From positions 82,584,001-82,648,000 of the forward strand of contig NC_079168.1 in NCBI RefSeq assembly GCF_947568905.1: a stretch of 64,000 nt of DNA, in the 5' to 3' direction. This document shows positions 24,980 through 38,238 of the stretch, piece by piece; within the stretch, counting starts at the first letter, position 1; each line of letters starts with the position of its first letter. Source of the DNA: Ostrea edulis (Eukaryota). The notes beneath the pieces are model-generated. The model made no database searches and was not told the origin of the DNA. It saw nothing but the letters and a program-made list of their open reading frames with translations. Position numbers and translations under genes: made by a program.

Positions 24980-25914
24980 CAAGCATGCCTGTATACAGTT
25001 GAGGATTTTATTGACCATCAACCAACTCTAACACCAATTGAAGTGGACCATATTCAGAAAGAGACTGTAGGACAGAGTGAAAATAAATCATGGCATGTTC
25101 TAAGAAAAGACAGGATTACTGCATCCAATATGTATGCAGTTCAAACACGTATGGATTCATTCAAGAAAAATCCTGAGGTGGACCTCAGTGCCATTGTATC
25201 TATGGTAATGGGTGGAAAGCCTATTAATTCTAATATTAAAGCTCTGAAGTCTGGTAGAGAGTCAGAGCCACTTGCAAAATCCATCTATTGCAAAATGTAC
25301 CTAGAAAGTCATTTCGAAGCAAAATTTAAAGATTGTGGAATTTTTCTAGATCAAGACGTCTCTTTCTTAGCTGCCAGTCCCGACATGCTGGTGTCTTGTG
25401 AATGTTGTGGAGATGGCTTGTTAGAGGTAAAATCATCAATGCAACCAAAATGTAGTTTATGCTCCGCACTTTGTACATGTAACTTGCCCGATTATTTATT
25501 TACGTCCGATAATGACGCTTTGGAGATTTAAAAAAAAAACAACATAGATATTTCTGTCAAATACAAGGACAGATGGCCATTAGTAAGCGAATGTGGTGTG
25601 ATTTTTTTGTTTATTCCTGTAATGGTACTTTCTCAAAAAGAATCAATTTCCAGGAAGATTATTATTCAAATGTTCAATCAAATTTGATTTATTTCTTCAA
25701 AACATTTATTGCACCTAAATGTATTGAGGAAAAAATCTGTGCTTCAGCATGTATTGTGTGCCCGGACAAAGAGTCTGAAGAATCTGAATGTGAACCAATG
25801 GAAGTAGAAGATGGTGAAGGTGATGTTTATTTTTTAAAGGGATCAACTCCAACTACAGAAATTGGACCGAAATATATACATGTACAGACTGCTTCAGTAA
25901 AAACACCAAACTGA
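24980..25914 (+). pseudogene. YqaJ/lambda-exonuclease-like nuclease, 5'-truncated and frameshifted
   Basis: TVGQSENKSW..RKDRITAS, GRESEPLA, LAASPDMLVSCECCGDGLLEVK; after a +1 shift at the poly-A near 25530: YFCQIQGQMAISKRMWCDFFVY. Confidence 0.85.
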
Positions 25915-26354
25915 TTATTATGTTTATCAATAGGGTATTGTAAACTTTTTAGCTACTCTTATTCTTTCTACATTTGTTCAAAACTTTCGCAATGCACTTC
26001 TCGTTTTAATTAACTGCGAATGACGAGCTGAGAAATGCATAAAGGGACCCAGAAAATTGCCATAAAAAGAAAGAGTGGTTTTAAGTTGTACTGTATATCA
26101 TTAATGTACCATAGCGCGCTCAATGTAAGCAGGCGAACTCAAGTTATCCTGACATTTCTAAATAATGTGTCATCAGCCCTCAAAGCTTAACAGTTCTCTA
26201 TATATCACATTTTAGGATTCTGGCTCCCTCAGGAATAAAGTAACCCCCACCCACCCACATACACACACTTTTGAATGACAGCTCTATACTAGACCAAAAC
26301 GTTGAGGGGGGTAGGCTTGTCGAGATATATTTTTTCATAGCCCATCCCTGATTT

Positions 26355-26356
<2 letters not shown>

Positions 26357-26406
<50 letters not shown>
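26357..26406. repeat. (AT)n microsatellite
   Basis: About 25 AT units. Confidence 0.98.
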
Positions 26407-26408
<2 letters not shown>

Positions 26409-26644
26409 CGTCCTTGTTTCCCTCTCTTTCGTGTTGAATCTCTAGGTCTAAATGCGAAGACAACCAATACGTGATGTGTAATTGTATACATGTACAGAGT
26501 AGAATCGACAATGTTTGTGATAAATCAATGACTCATGAAAATTGGCCCCCATGAAAATCGATTATTCCCTAGAATACATGTATTTATATATTCTATGCAT
26601 TATCAATATAAGCATTTGACATACATGTGCTTGTCCTTTAGAAA

Positions 26645-27295
26645 TGCCGTACCCCGTGGATAACCGGATTTGAATAGGTCCTCAATACCCCTTGCTTGTC
26701 GTAAGAGGCGATTAATTGGGCGATCCTTCCGATAAGACTGGAAAAACCGAGGCCCCGTGTGACAAAAAGTGTGGCACGATAAAGATCCATTCCTGCTCAA
26801 AGGCCGTAAGCGCCGAGCATGGGCCTACATATTGTAGCCCTTCACCGACAATAATGACATCTCCATTTGATTGATTGGTTGCTTTTACGTTCCTTCCTGA
26901 ATTTTTCACTCGTATTGAGAGGTCACCATCTGTAGGATGTAGACCCGACCTATATTTAGCGCTCAGTGCCTTAGTAGTGAAGGTTCTTTATCGTGCCAAC
27001 GCATGCCGCGGCACGGGAACTCCGTTTTTAAGGTCATACCTGAACGACCCGTGATTCTCACTTCTAAATGCCGAACGTTTGGCGAAATAGCAGTCACTAC
27101 CTATTTTGACGTCTTAGGTTTGTCATATGATTGAAAAATTCTCGAGAGGGACGTTAAACAATAGTAAATCAATCAATATTAGGTTTGACGCGGACATGGC
27201 ACGAGCGGGAACACTCTACTACTGGGCTACCACGATCCCATATGAGTGAAAAATTATCGAGTGGGACGTTAAACAATATATACAACAAATGAATG
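26645..27295. mobile_element. Cluster of interleaved SINE fragments in both orientations
   Basis: Forward body (GCTCAAAGGCCGTAAGCGCCGAGC) is interrupted by a reverse-oriented relative; the tail GAAAAATT.TCGAG.GGGACGTTAAACAA occurs twice (near 27130 and 27245). Family recognised from memory of bivalve repeats. Confidence 0.65.
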
Positions 27296-27439
27296 CGGTA
27301 AAGTCTTTGAATTTTGCAGATACCACTCCCAATTGTTTCATATTTGGAGTTGGCCCCTTTAAATTGTAAAAGTCAGCCGTCGGTTGTAAAAGTAAGCCTC
27401 TTCGTAAAACTCCAGTTGGGATCATCAAATCGTAGAACA

Positions 27440-27640
27440 GGGGATCATATTCACAGATCCTATTCTGACTGTGGGTCCCCAGTGAGGTCTTTTCTGTCAG
27501 CCTCTTGTTCAATCTTTGTTTTACTTGGTCTTGTCCGGTCAGGTTTATCTCTTGTTTATAATCAAATTTTCTTGACTGGTGTTCTCAGTATCTATCTAGT
27601 TTTCCTTCGAATGACAAGGGGACAAGGTATTAAAATTAGA
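27440..27640 (-). mobile_element. Possible degraded 3' end of a CR1/L2-type LINE ORF2
   Basis: Minus strand reads SFEGKLDRY*EHQSRKFDYKQEINLTG, resembling the FK.RLD.YW...DY C-terminus of such ORF2s. Confidence 0.4.
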
Positions 27641-27739
27641 TCTTCCATCCGCTTCCCAGTTTTCGATACGTCGCAACTGGGGAGCGGATGGAAAGTCTAA
27701 TTTTAATTAGATTGGTAGGAATTTTTAAAAGATAGTTGG

Positions 27740-29560
27740 AAGTAAAAACCGGGCCGGGTCACCTTCGTAATCCGAATAGTTTAGTTTTCTTCGTTACTTT
27801 ACTTTCGTTTGATGTGAAACTTCTTAATCCCAATCTGGATGATACATTGGTCTTCGCTACAAAAAGTACGGCATAATTTTGCCTCACTGTGAAAATGTCA
27901 ACGATTGTTTATTTTAGGTTGGTAAAATGGGTAGCGAGAAAAAATACACATATTTTTCTGTGATTGCGAGTGATATTTGTGACAACAATGAAACTACACA
28001 TGAGTTAGATAAATATTATGATAATTTATCATCATGAAACAGGGTTGGTTAGTACTGTCACAATCAAAACACCAAACTCTTGGCTTAGGTTCATCTATTT
28101 ATTTAAAATGTATCTTTTTGGCCCTATAACAAATAAAACATACATAAATATCATTTCATAATAATATATATCACGCATGAATTATCAGTCACAATGAAAT
28201 GATTTGACATTAATAGTTTTATCCCTTAATCTAGATAATCTAAATATGTACATTATGCTTACATCTCACAATATTTCATTATGAGTACTATGAAACTAAT
28301 AAATGTCATAATATATAATAGGCAATACATTCCATTACCTCTCTATGGGACAGAGCCCAGTGCATATACTAGCCTATCAACTGGATGTTCCAGAAATAAA
28401 TCTGTCAATAAAAATACATAATCTTAGGACCATTATTTATATTTAATCAGTATAAAACCACTTATTCCAAATCCTTTGACTTTAGTATGAATTACAGGGT
28501 TTTACTTTTATTTGATAATTTAAACTTGCACCCTTCTTTCAAAGTGAAATTAATTATACAGACATGTTAATAAAGAAGTTAATACTTACTGTCCAGTCCG
28601 TATAAAGTCTAAAATATCATAAATGTCTTAAATATATCTTGTCAGCAAACTAGAACTTTCTGTCAACTTGCTATGAATGCTATCTCAAAGTCTCTAGTAG
28701 AAGTACCTGAATAAAACTCAGTCACAAGAACCAATGAAAGTTCAATAAAAGCCCTTTCAACTTGACCACATGACCACCCACTTTTATGGGGTGGATCTAT
28801 AAGTTAAAACGTGAACATTCTCAGTTTGATTTTTATTTTTTTTATAATTAAGATAAAAAACACACTACTACAATCATAATGCTGCAGTACCTGTTATGTG
28901 AGTCTTATATACTTGATATTGACGATTTATTAAAACCCGGGTCAAAAAGAAACCGGATACGGGTAACCCATGTCCGAATATTGAAATTCCGAATAAAATG
29001 AGGGTGTTAGCTTTCACTTTCATCTTCGACGCATCCTGAATGTAATTCAGCTTCCCATCAATTACTAATCATGAATGGATATCACTTTGATCTCACAATT
29101 ACGGTTAATTAATCAAAAACATTAGCAACTAAATCGGAATAAATAACACCGGCCCGGGTCAACCGCATCCGGTTTCCTCTTGGCCCGGGTTTGGAAAAAT
29201 CGCCGATAAGTAAAATGAAAGGCATTGGAATGGTCAATTAATGCATTTGGTATCAAATTCAACTCTCTGTGAATTGAAAAAATGCAAGGTTTTAAGCAGC
29301 AGGTGCATAGTTCACAGAAAATATGCAAGAATATGTGTTCTGGTCTCGCTACCCATTTTACCAACCAGATTTTTTTTTTACAATCATTGCATTCTTTATC
29401 TGTAGGTAATATTATGTGCTAAATTTTGTACCGAAGACTAAATGTATCATTAAGAATATATTCTGTAAGTTTCAAAACAAACAAGATATATCAACGAAGA
29501 AAACTAAAAAAAATCGGGTTACGAAAGTGAACCGGCCCGGTTTTTACTACCCATTTTACC
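27740..29560. mobile_element. Old non-autonomous DNA transposon with long (~220 bp) imperfect TIRs
   Basis: 27740-27960 aligns with the reverse complement of 29325-29550, including a perfect 23-bp core GGTTGGTAAAATGGGTAGCGAGA (27917-27939 / 29344-29366); internal ACCGG/CCCGG motifs. Confidence 0.7.
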
Positions 29561-30047
29561 AAAACCTTTATGGTTTGCATGAAATCATACAATATGTATT
29601 TATTAAAGGTTCTAATAACGTGTTCGTGTTTATTCATACCTGTAATTTATTGGGTAGTCTAATTGTCACCTTGTCAGGTGACATCTAAATATTCATTACA
29701 CGGATTTCAACTGACCAACGTCAGTGGGTAGAAATGTGAAACCATTCGAAGGCTCTTTTTAGTACAGATAACACGCTTTTTTCAACCTTCCATTTCCACG
29801 AAGTATGGGCGATTCGGGCGACGAGCTGACTTTAGACACAGATAAATTAATGGAAGATAACACAGGAGGGAGCTCTACACTGGAAATTTCGGACATATTA
29901 AAACTCTTTACAGAGGTGATACAGTCTCAATTCAAAACTTTCTCGGGACAGTTAAAAGCGGAGCAGTAGGAATCTATTTCCGTTGCCATTACGCGCACAT
30001 GTTTCGAGTGAGGCGCTAAACTTTATGAAAGAGTTTTGTTGACGAAA

Positions 30048-30946
30048 ATAATGGCCAGGGAATTACATAGCATTGAAATACAAGATCTAACGACTGATCT
30101 GGACACAAATTATTTGAAGACAGAATACCCAAAGGCATGTTTTGTCTCAAAATTCAAACCACGATCTGGTAAGGCTAAACAATCATTGTACGAAGCAATC
30201 GATACAAATCTGTATGAAAGTAATGCTCGAATGGTATGTTTTCACACGTCTGAGAACAGGCTATTTACCTGGATTAAAGCACTTTCAGTGTTATACTATG
30301 GAAACATTGGGAAAATGCCCGGATTCGAGGTGAAATGGTCTGACACCCCGGAAACCTGGACACCCGAATCTATGAACTCGGGAACGAGCATTGCCATAGA
30401 AGTTTTTAAAGACGAAGACTTGGCATTCAACGTTACAACCTTCATAACTACAGGAACCATTAGAGTTCAAGGTACAGATTTTGAAACTTTTACTAAACAC
30501 CATGTTCCACTTCTACTTGAACTTGTGGGTATGCTAGCCGAACCTATATCTGAACAAACGTTGACGAAAGAAGTACGTGATGACGATAGTTCTACAGGTG
30601 CCCCTTGCAACACACAAGATAAGAAAGCAACGCTACAAAACGTTGAACTACTACAGGAGGCCCTACTTGATGGCTTGAGTAAAATTGAAGCCAAAATGGA
30701 AAAGGAATCGGCTACCATTCTGAATGCAGTTAATGGATTAAAAGTTCACTCCCCTGTACAAAGTGATGTACATGTAACCTTGTTAAAACAGCAAATTCAT
30801 AGTGAAAAGGAAGCGTCCTTATTGCAGAAAAGCAGGTATGAGGAACAGCTGAAGCAATTAAAAACAATGCTGACTGAAACTCGTAAAGAACTAGAGAATA
30901 CCATATCTACCCACAGAAATGAAAACCAAAAAAAACTGGATAAAAA
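30048..30946 (+). CDS. LINE ORF1, N-terminal half (interrupted by the Helentron)
   Basis: Domain with FNVTTFITTGTIRVQG followed by a coiled coil; joins in frame to 62568 onward when the insertion is removed. Confidence 0.75.
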
Positions 30947-31439
30947 TCAAAGTACTGAAAGTACTCATGGGAGTTGAACATTGTGGAAATTCAGTTAGAA
31001 CAGATATCACTGGAAGGGGAGGGGATAAATGACTGAATATTATCATGATTTTAGATACAAATCAATTGTTGTTGTTTTTCAAAGCGTTACAACAGCAAAC
31101 ATGGATAATGGAAGGCCCATGGGCCACAACGCTCCTCGAGTAACTGAAGTCGTGTTGTTGTTTTCTAGAATTTCACCCCTTTATATTCTCATGAAAAATG
31201 TGACCACATATTATGGCCCAAACATTCAAATCAATATGGTTATCAATGCCTTGCAGTTATGAAGAAGTTTTTTTCCCTGTATATATACATTCAAGTTTAA
31301 TCCTAGTTGTAGCTAATTCTAAGGATTCATTACTTGAAAAGGTAGTCCAATATGCTAAACTGTCACCTGAGTATACTACAGTCCTGTAGAGGATCAGTGG
31401 AATGGTAAATAATTGTATAATAACTCAAAATAAATGAAA

Positions 31440-32210
31440 TGCAAAAAAATTTAAAAATCGTCCGGCATCGGAGATACACAAGCCGAGTTGCGCAAGGAAT
31501 GGGCATAGAGGGAACCGGCAGAAAAGTTTGCAAGAATTATCAAGCAGGGAGCAAAATTTTGCGTACATAAATTTCAGCCGACTTATATCCTTTGTGACCT
31601 TGACCCTTGACCAAAATCAATAGGCTTCTTTGTCTCATCAAGGGCGATAATCCATCTAAGTTTAATTGAGATCCTATAATTTGTTAAAAGATTATAGTGC
31701 AGAAAACAAAATTTTCTCCAAATTTCAGTCTATTTATAGCCCCTTTGACCTTGTGACCCCGGAATCGATCTAAGTTTGATTGAGATCCTATAATTCGTTC
31801 AAGAGCTATGGTGTGGAAAACAAAATTTTCTCCAAATTTCAGTCTATTTATAGCCAGTGACCTTTGACCTAGTGACCCCAGAATCGATAGGCTTCCTGGT
31901 CTTACTGAGGGTGACAATCCATCTAAGTTTGATTGAGATCGTATGATTCGTTCAAGAGCTATGGTGCGGAAAACAAAATTTTCTCCAAATTTCAGTCTAT
32001 TTATAGCCACTGTGACCTTGACCTTTGACCTAGTGACCCCAGAATCGATAGGCTTCCTCGTCTTACTGAGGGTGACAATCCATCTAAGTTTGAATGAGAT
32101 CCTATAATTTGCTCAAGAGCTATGGTGCGGAAATGAAATGTTGATGCGTGCAAAGGCACTTCATCAGGATCATAAGCCGAGTTCGACTTCATCGAAACTC
32201 CGCTAAAAAT
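31440..32210. mobile_element. Non-autonomous repeat with ~120-150 bp internal tandem units (HINE-like family)
   Basis: AAAACAAAATTTTCTCCAAATTTCAGTCTATTTATAGCC occurs three times; terminal hairpin GAGTTCGA-CTTCA-TCGAAACTC. Confidence 0.6.
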
Positions 32211-33091
32211 GAAACACTAGTCAAATAATGTTATTTATTGCCAAAGTATTTGGGACATTATACTGTGGCTTAAACAGGGGGTGAATGAACCTGACAGTAT
32301 GGGAAGCATATAGTGGAATCAGACTTGTGATGCTGGAAATCTATAGTGATTAATAAACTATACATGTACAAGATCCATAACTATTTTTTTTCAGTTTGTG
32401 AGGGAGAATCCTCATGTCTCTTTCATCTGTAGACAAATAAACAATGTGTTTTGACCAGAGCAATTTCCAATCCTTTTTGCAACATAAATTCAACATTGTG
32501 GCAACTGGGTTAAACTTTGATAGTGAAGTAATACATGGCAGCACCTTATCCCATGCTCTTAAAATTTCAATGTTTTATCAGGTATACTCTCAATGTTCAT
32601 GAATTTAACATTTTTACACAATATCCTTTCAAGCATCCTATTAAGCATTTATTTGTAAAAATACACAGTGAATTTCAATGAAGTTAGAATACACAAGCAT
32701 TATGGTTGAATGAAACTTCACTGTTTTGCAATGTGAAAGAAAACAAGCAATATGAGGTAAACTTGTTTAATAAAAAAAATCCCAGTGGTATAAAGCTTAA
32801 AAGGAAGACAGAACATTCAATCCTGTAGTACATGCACAATAACTGAAATACATCAAAATACGTGGACATGATATCTTAAAATGAAAGTTAAAAATCCATC
32901 AATATTGTATAGTGAATGGAATATGGAAAACAGATGAGCACATGATGAACCACTGCATCTAGAATAGGTCTGTAAAAAGGAGCTCATTTTTTTTAAAAAG
33001 AAAAATAGACTAAGATAACAATGGAAATCTGCAAGATTTTGTAATTTTCAAAAGAAAAAAGTGTATCCTATTTTCAACATTCTTCGCAGCA

Positions 33092-33268
33092 TTACCTGAT
33101 CAGGATATGGGGCTCACGGCGGGTGTGACCGGTCAACAGGGGATGCTTACTCCTCCTAGGCACCTGATCCCACCTCTGGTGTGTCCAGGGGTCCGTGTTT
33201 GCCCAACTATCTATTTTGTATTGCTTGTAGGAGTTATGAGATTGATCACTGTTATCTTCACCTTGCAT
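33092..33268. repeat. Interspersed ~180-bp repeat, copy 1 (probable retroelement end)
   Basis: Nearly identical to 42305-42485. Confidence 0.8.
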
Positions 33269-34736
33269 TAATAAGAAATCAGGATGAGTAGATGAGTAAT
33301 ACTTTGCATTATTTCTTAAAAATTGTCAGATATACAGAACAAAGTCACGTTTACCAAAAGTACCAATCTAAAACTTGTCACAAACAATAAACACTACTTA
33401 TTTTACATGTATACTATTGAATGAAAAAGTTATACAAAATATGGAAGCTGAAGAAAAAGAAATGACAATATTCAGTATCATTTGTGCAGAATGTACATGT
33501 ACCAATATCCGACGGACTTGACTAAACTAGGGTGAACACTGTTTTATTTATTCCTTTTAAACTTACAATTGTTCTACCTCTCCTTGAAACTGTACATGCA
33601 TGAACATTTAAAATCTGAGAGAAAATTTTAAAAACATGCCAAAAACTTATAATTGTGTATGTAAATATTTACATGTAACAAAATACTAATCAAGTACAGC
33701 AATACCTAAATAACACTACTTCAAATAGACCTTCAGCTTAACATGTTACAATAATTAAAACTGTTAATAAATGAGCAATCTGCACCATCAAAATCACAAA
33801 TGTCTCTAGAAATGGTATGTTACATTTATAATGAAGACATTTGATATTCAATTTACATTGGGACACATCAAGAAATGGGAATGAAAATGAAGAAACACTA
33901 ATGCTATATTGACTAAACTAAAATAATCTAATGTAACACCAATGTTCAGATCACAACTAAAAGAATATGAAACGTCTGTGGCTTACAAGTAAAAGATGTC
34001 ACAGAAGCAGCTGTACAAATTATTTGCACATGTCATGTCCAAAGAAAAATACAAACCAAAATCACAAAAATGTTTCAGAATACTGAACACAAACGTTGTC
34101 AATGCAAATGAGTAAAACAGAATATTTACAATGTAACAATATACTATAGAAGACTAACAGCATCATTAAAGAATACCTATTTATAAATAAATGTTGAGAG
34201 ACACACTTTCAAATTAACTTTGGAGACAATCATTGTGAAAAATCCTTTGCTGATACAGTCAAGTTTGTCTTTACAAAAGAACGTCTCTGTGGTTAAGCTT
34301 ACACAATTTGTATTTTAAAGGGAATGTATTAGTTGAAGACAAAAAAGTGTTAAGTATGGGAAATTATATTGACAAAGTACAAATTTCTCTAAGAACACAA
34401 ATGTCCAGTCAACAAGAGATTTACATAAAGCGTATTCATGATACAATACTTTAATCAAAGGGAGAAAAAGCACACTCCCAAAAAAGAAAGAAACCCAAAC
34501 AATCAAAAACATAATTTTGATGACCTCATGAGCATTTTCCTTTATTTCAATTACAAGTAATTGTAGTATCATTGACAAAATTGTTTTATGAATAATTATG
34601 TCTGGAATAAGACAGAAAAATCATGTGTTATCTTTAACAAAGTAGAAAAACCCATAACTAAAATAACAAGTACTAGCTGCATACAATGTAATTGGTTTTC
34701 ATTATACATATGTACATTTCACATCTTCTGTGATGT

Positions 34737-36763
34737 TCAAGCAGTGGAGAAGGCCTCTACATTTCCATTAACTGTTTGGACAATGCACTGGAATGGAATT
34801 TTTTCTGACAGGGTTGTTTCAGTTGCATTTTCTTGACACTGAAGAGCCTTCATGACCAAGTTCATTGATACGTCAACATTTTGAAAGTTTTCTCCTTCTT
34901 CGATCATAAGGGAAAATCCCAACTCAGTCTTTTCATAAGCAATAACACTGCCTTTCAAAATGGACGGTGGAGCTTCGCATTTCTAAAAAATTAAGTTTAA
35001 TAAAATAAATGTGTGCATACATTTATTTGAATCAGCATTATGGTGATGATGGGTAATTGTACATCAGAGTTCAGAGTGCACATAAAAATTTTCAGCACTA
35101 GCCCAGTCAGGCTAACAATGAGAAAAATTTTCTATCAAAAATCATTTTATACTAGTCCAGTTGTAAGTGTGAGAAATAAAATGAGAGTTTAATCTTATTC
35201 AACAAAGTACATAAGAAATAAATACAGTGGATCTGTTGTGACCCCATTCTACCCCCCCCCCCCCCAAGGTGTCCTGATTTGAACAAATTTGAATCTACAC
35301 TATCTGAGGATGCATCCATGTGACTAATCAAGGATTTCCTGTTCTTGGGAAGATTTTTGTGATGACTGCATATTAGACCGACTCTTAGGGATCACTTTAC
35401 CTGGCCTCTGTCTGTTTGTCTGTCCCTCTGTCACACCTCATGACTCGAGAACCGTAAGAGATATGAATTTGATATTTTGCAAAAATATTGCTTGTCACCA
35501 TGGCTTTTGCAAATTACCATGGTTACCAACCTTGTGACCCCTGAGCATGACCTTGAGCTTCTTTTCAAAATAAATCATTGTGCAAATAACCAGTACTTTT
35601 GACATTTAAGTGCTAATTCTGTGTTATTTAACAGGTGCATTGTTCGTCATAAAATATTATGAAAAATACAGGACCTTAGTACTTTGCAAAAAATACTCCA
35701 GGAGGGTTAATTTAACTTATGTCTTTTGAATTTTGAGAGGTAGAGATTTGCTAATTAGTATTTATACATGTTTATAAACTCCTGATAATGTACTTTGAAA
35801 GTATTATATACAGTACAACACAAACTTATACTATGAAAATAAATTGGGATCAGTTTTCCAACAATGGATCGTGTCGACTAACATTTGCAGTAAAAACACA
35901 CTGAAATCTCTATTGGAGGAGTGTTGGACAAATGTATAAATACATTGATAAATAATTATTTCTAAGAATTGAAGTTTACTTATTCGAGGGTCGGGGAACC
36001 ATATTTCTTTTTGATTATCAGTTTCTACAATAGCTGACTACTCTTGGATTTATCTACATCTTTAATGAAGCTTCAAAGCAGGTAACACATGCGTTCCTTG
36101 GAACACTCTAGTTGATGATGTGACCCCATCTTACGTCTGGGGGTCATGACTTGAACAAAATGAATCTACACTACCTGAACATCCTTCAATATCAACACAT
36201 CTAATCACGGATCTGGGTTTTTTTTAAAGAAGAATTTTTTTCTGTAAATTACTGATTTTAGATGATGTTAATAAGATCCAGCATTGTGTCTCCCTCCACC
36301 TCAGGGCCATGATTTGAACAAACTTGATACATTAACTCAGGATGCTTTTATATCAATATGACATTTCATGGCTCAACTATTCATGAGAAGATGATTTTTG
36401 AAGATTTTTTCCTATATATTCCTACGTAAAACTTTGATCCCCCATTGTGGTTCCACCATACCCCTGGGGGTCATGGTTTGAACAAACTTGAATCTATACT
36501 ACATAGGGATGCTTTCATATCAATACAAATTTAATCATTGCTCTACTATTCTTGAGAAGAGGAATTTTAAAAAATTTCATAATATTCCTATGTAAAACAT
36601 TGATCCCCAATTGTGGCCCAAACTACCTCAGGGGGTCATAATTTGAACAAACTTAAATCTCCTTCACCCAAGGATGCTTTGTGGCAAGTTTGGTTAAAAT
36701 TTGGCCCAGTGGTTCTGGATAAGTGGAAGATGGAAGGGCAGACAGATAGACGACAAACAAAAT

Positions 36764-36811
<48 letters not shown>

Positions 36812-37801
36812 GTTAGATTGGGAATTTAATTTCAACAAACTGGTAGTCTTCTTTATTTGCATTTCAATTTCAAAAATTAAATTATCATGTTTATGAGAAA
36901 TAAATTTATTTACAGGAGTACATGTACGAGGTGTGCTGTGCATCCGGGCACCTTTGATTCAATGAAATTCCCCCAACGCATTAAAAATTCTCCGAGGAAA
37001 CACTTTTAATGTCTGTGAAATTTACATATGTGTTTAGTTTAATGGTTTTACCTGTATTTGTGTTCTTGAAGTGGTTGACAAGGAAATGTCTTCCTGGAAA
37101 TGGTTCACAACTACATTTGTGATTTCTAGGAAGCTTCCTACAGTACAAATTGCAGTCATTTCTCGCCAAAGACTGACTTTCATTTCATCGGTGTCATCTT
37201 TTATCTTGATGTTTTGCACAGCGACATCCTGCCCCTTCACTTGAACGGTCCTCACCATTTCTTCCTGGAAATTCAATACAACATTAACAAAGTAATGCAT
37301 AAATGAAAATAGTTGGCAAGTTTGATGAAAACTATATGTAAATTTTGGCAACTTACCGAAGTGACTCTCCCTTTGACACTGATCAATGTTTTAACTGGAG
37401 AGGTCTTTGCTGTTTTTAGGCTGATGGTCTCAGCAGGTGGTGGATGACTAATGCTTTTTGCTTCATCAATGACCTTTTGAGGGACATCAATACTGGATGT
37501 TTTCATGATTTTGCTGACCTTTGTTAAGATCACAACTGGCTCTGGGTCCAATTTGAAAACATAGTTTGTGAGCATAACAGTGTCTGATACCTTCACACTT
37601 GAAAGCTTTTCAAGGTCATAAAGGATCACTTTCATTGAAGAATCTCTGTCCGTTACACCTATGACAACACTCTCCTTCTTTTGTCCTGCAGATGTTGTGT
37701 AGCTTCCAGGTGTACCTACACCACAGACTTTGACCTTAAGAGGGTTTGAATAAGGTTTGGGTTTTGCCCCCTTTAACTTACTGATTAAATATTGTGAACA
37801 T
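34737..37801 (-). CDS. Spliced OB-fold (RPA-like ssDNA-binding) gene of the Helentron; first exon not located
   Basis: Exons 37801-37357, 37264-37052, 34982-34737 are in frame; OB-like patterns (VIGVTDRDSSMKVILYD; IKIKDDTDEMKVSLWRE). Confidence 0.7.
36120..36811. mobile_element. HINE-like element with satellite-like monomers
   Basis: Repeated GGGGTCAT..TTGAACAAACTTGA monomers; terminal AGCTCACTTGAGC-TTTCA-GCTCAGGTGAGCT. Confidence 0.75.
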
Positions 37802-38238
37802 CTAAAAATAAAAGAAATGAATTCAATATATTTTTTTATACGAAAGAGCAAAATGCTTGACAATCATGTTTTGAGTGATTTCAAGTAATTATAGATAAAC
37901 TGTACATTTTAGCTCTCACAGGTCAAGAGGATGATCAAAGGGAAAGGGGTGGGGGGACAGATGGGGAAAAAACTTACCTTAGAGGTAAAATTTGTTTTAA
38001 GCTGTATATCAAGCCAAGTTACATATGCAAAAGAGATTTTACAATCAAATAATGTGTAATAAATTGATATTTTCCATAAGGAGTTTATGATAAGTATCAA
38101 AAGGTACGGAATAATTATTTCTGAATATTGGAATACATTACATTTTTTTCTCTCTTGATTTTACCAAATGTTGAGAACATTTTATAATTTTTTATTTCAA
38201 GGAAACAAAAAGGGGTTTATGATCGGAATAGTATGTCT

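Noticed and set aside
29850-29970. Short frame MEDNTGGSS...KAEQ as a retroelement gag-like start
   Set aside because: Only 39 codons with no diagnostic motif; cannot be supported.
30951-30965. TTTCA hairpin loop shared between the Helentron end and the HINEs as proof of partnership
   Set aside because: Once oriented by their T-rich flanks, the loop belongs to the 5' hairpin in the HINEs but the 3' hairpin in the Helentron, and the subTIR sequences differ.
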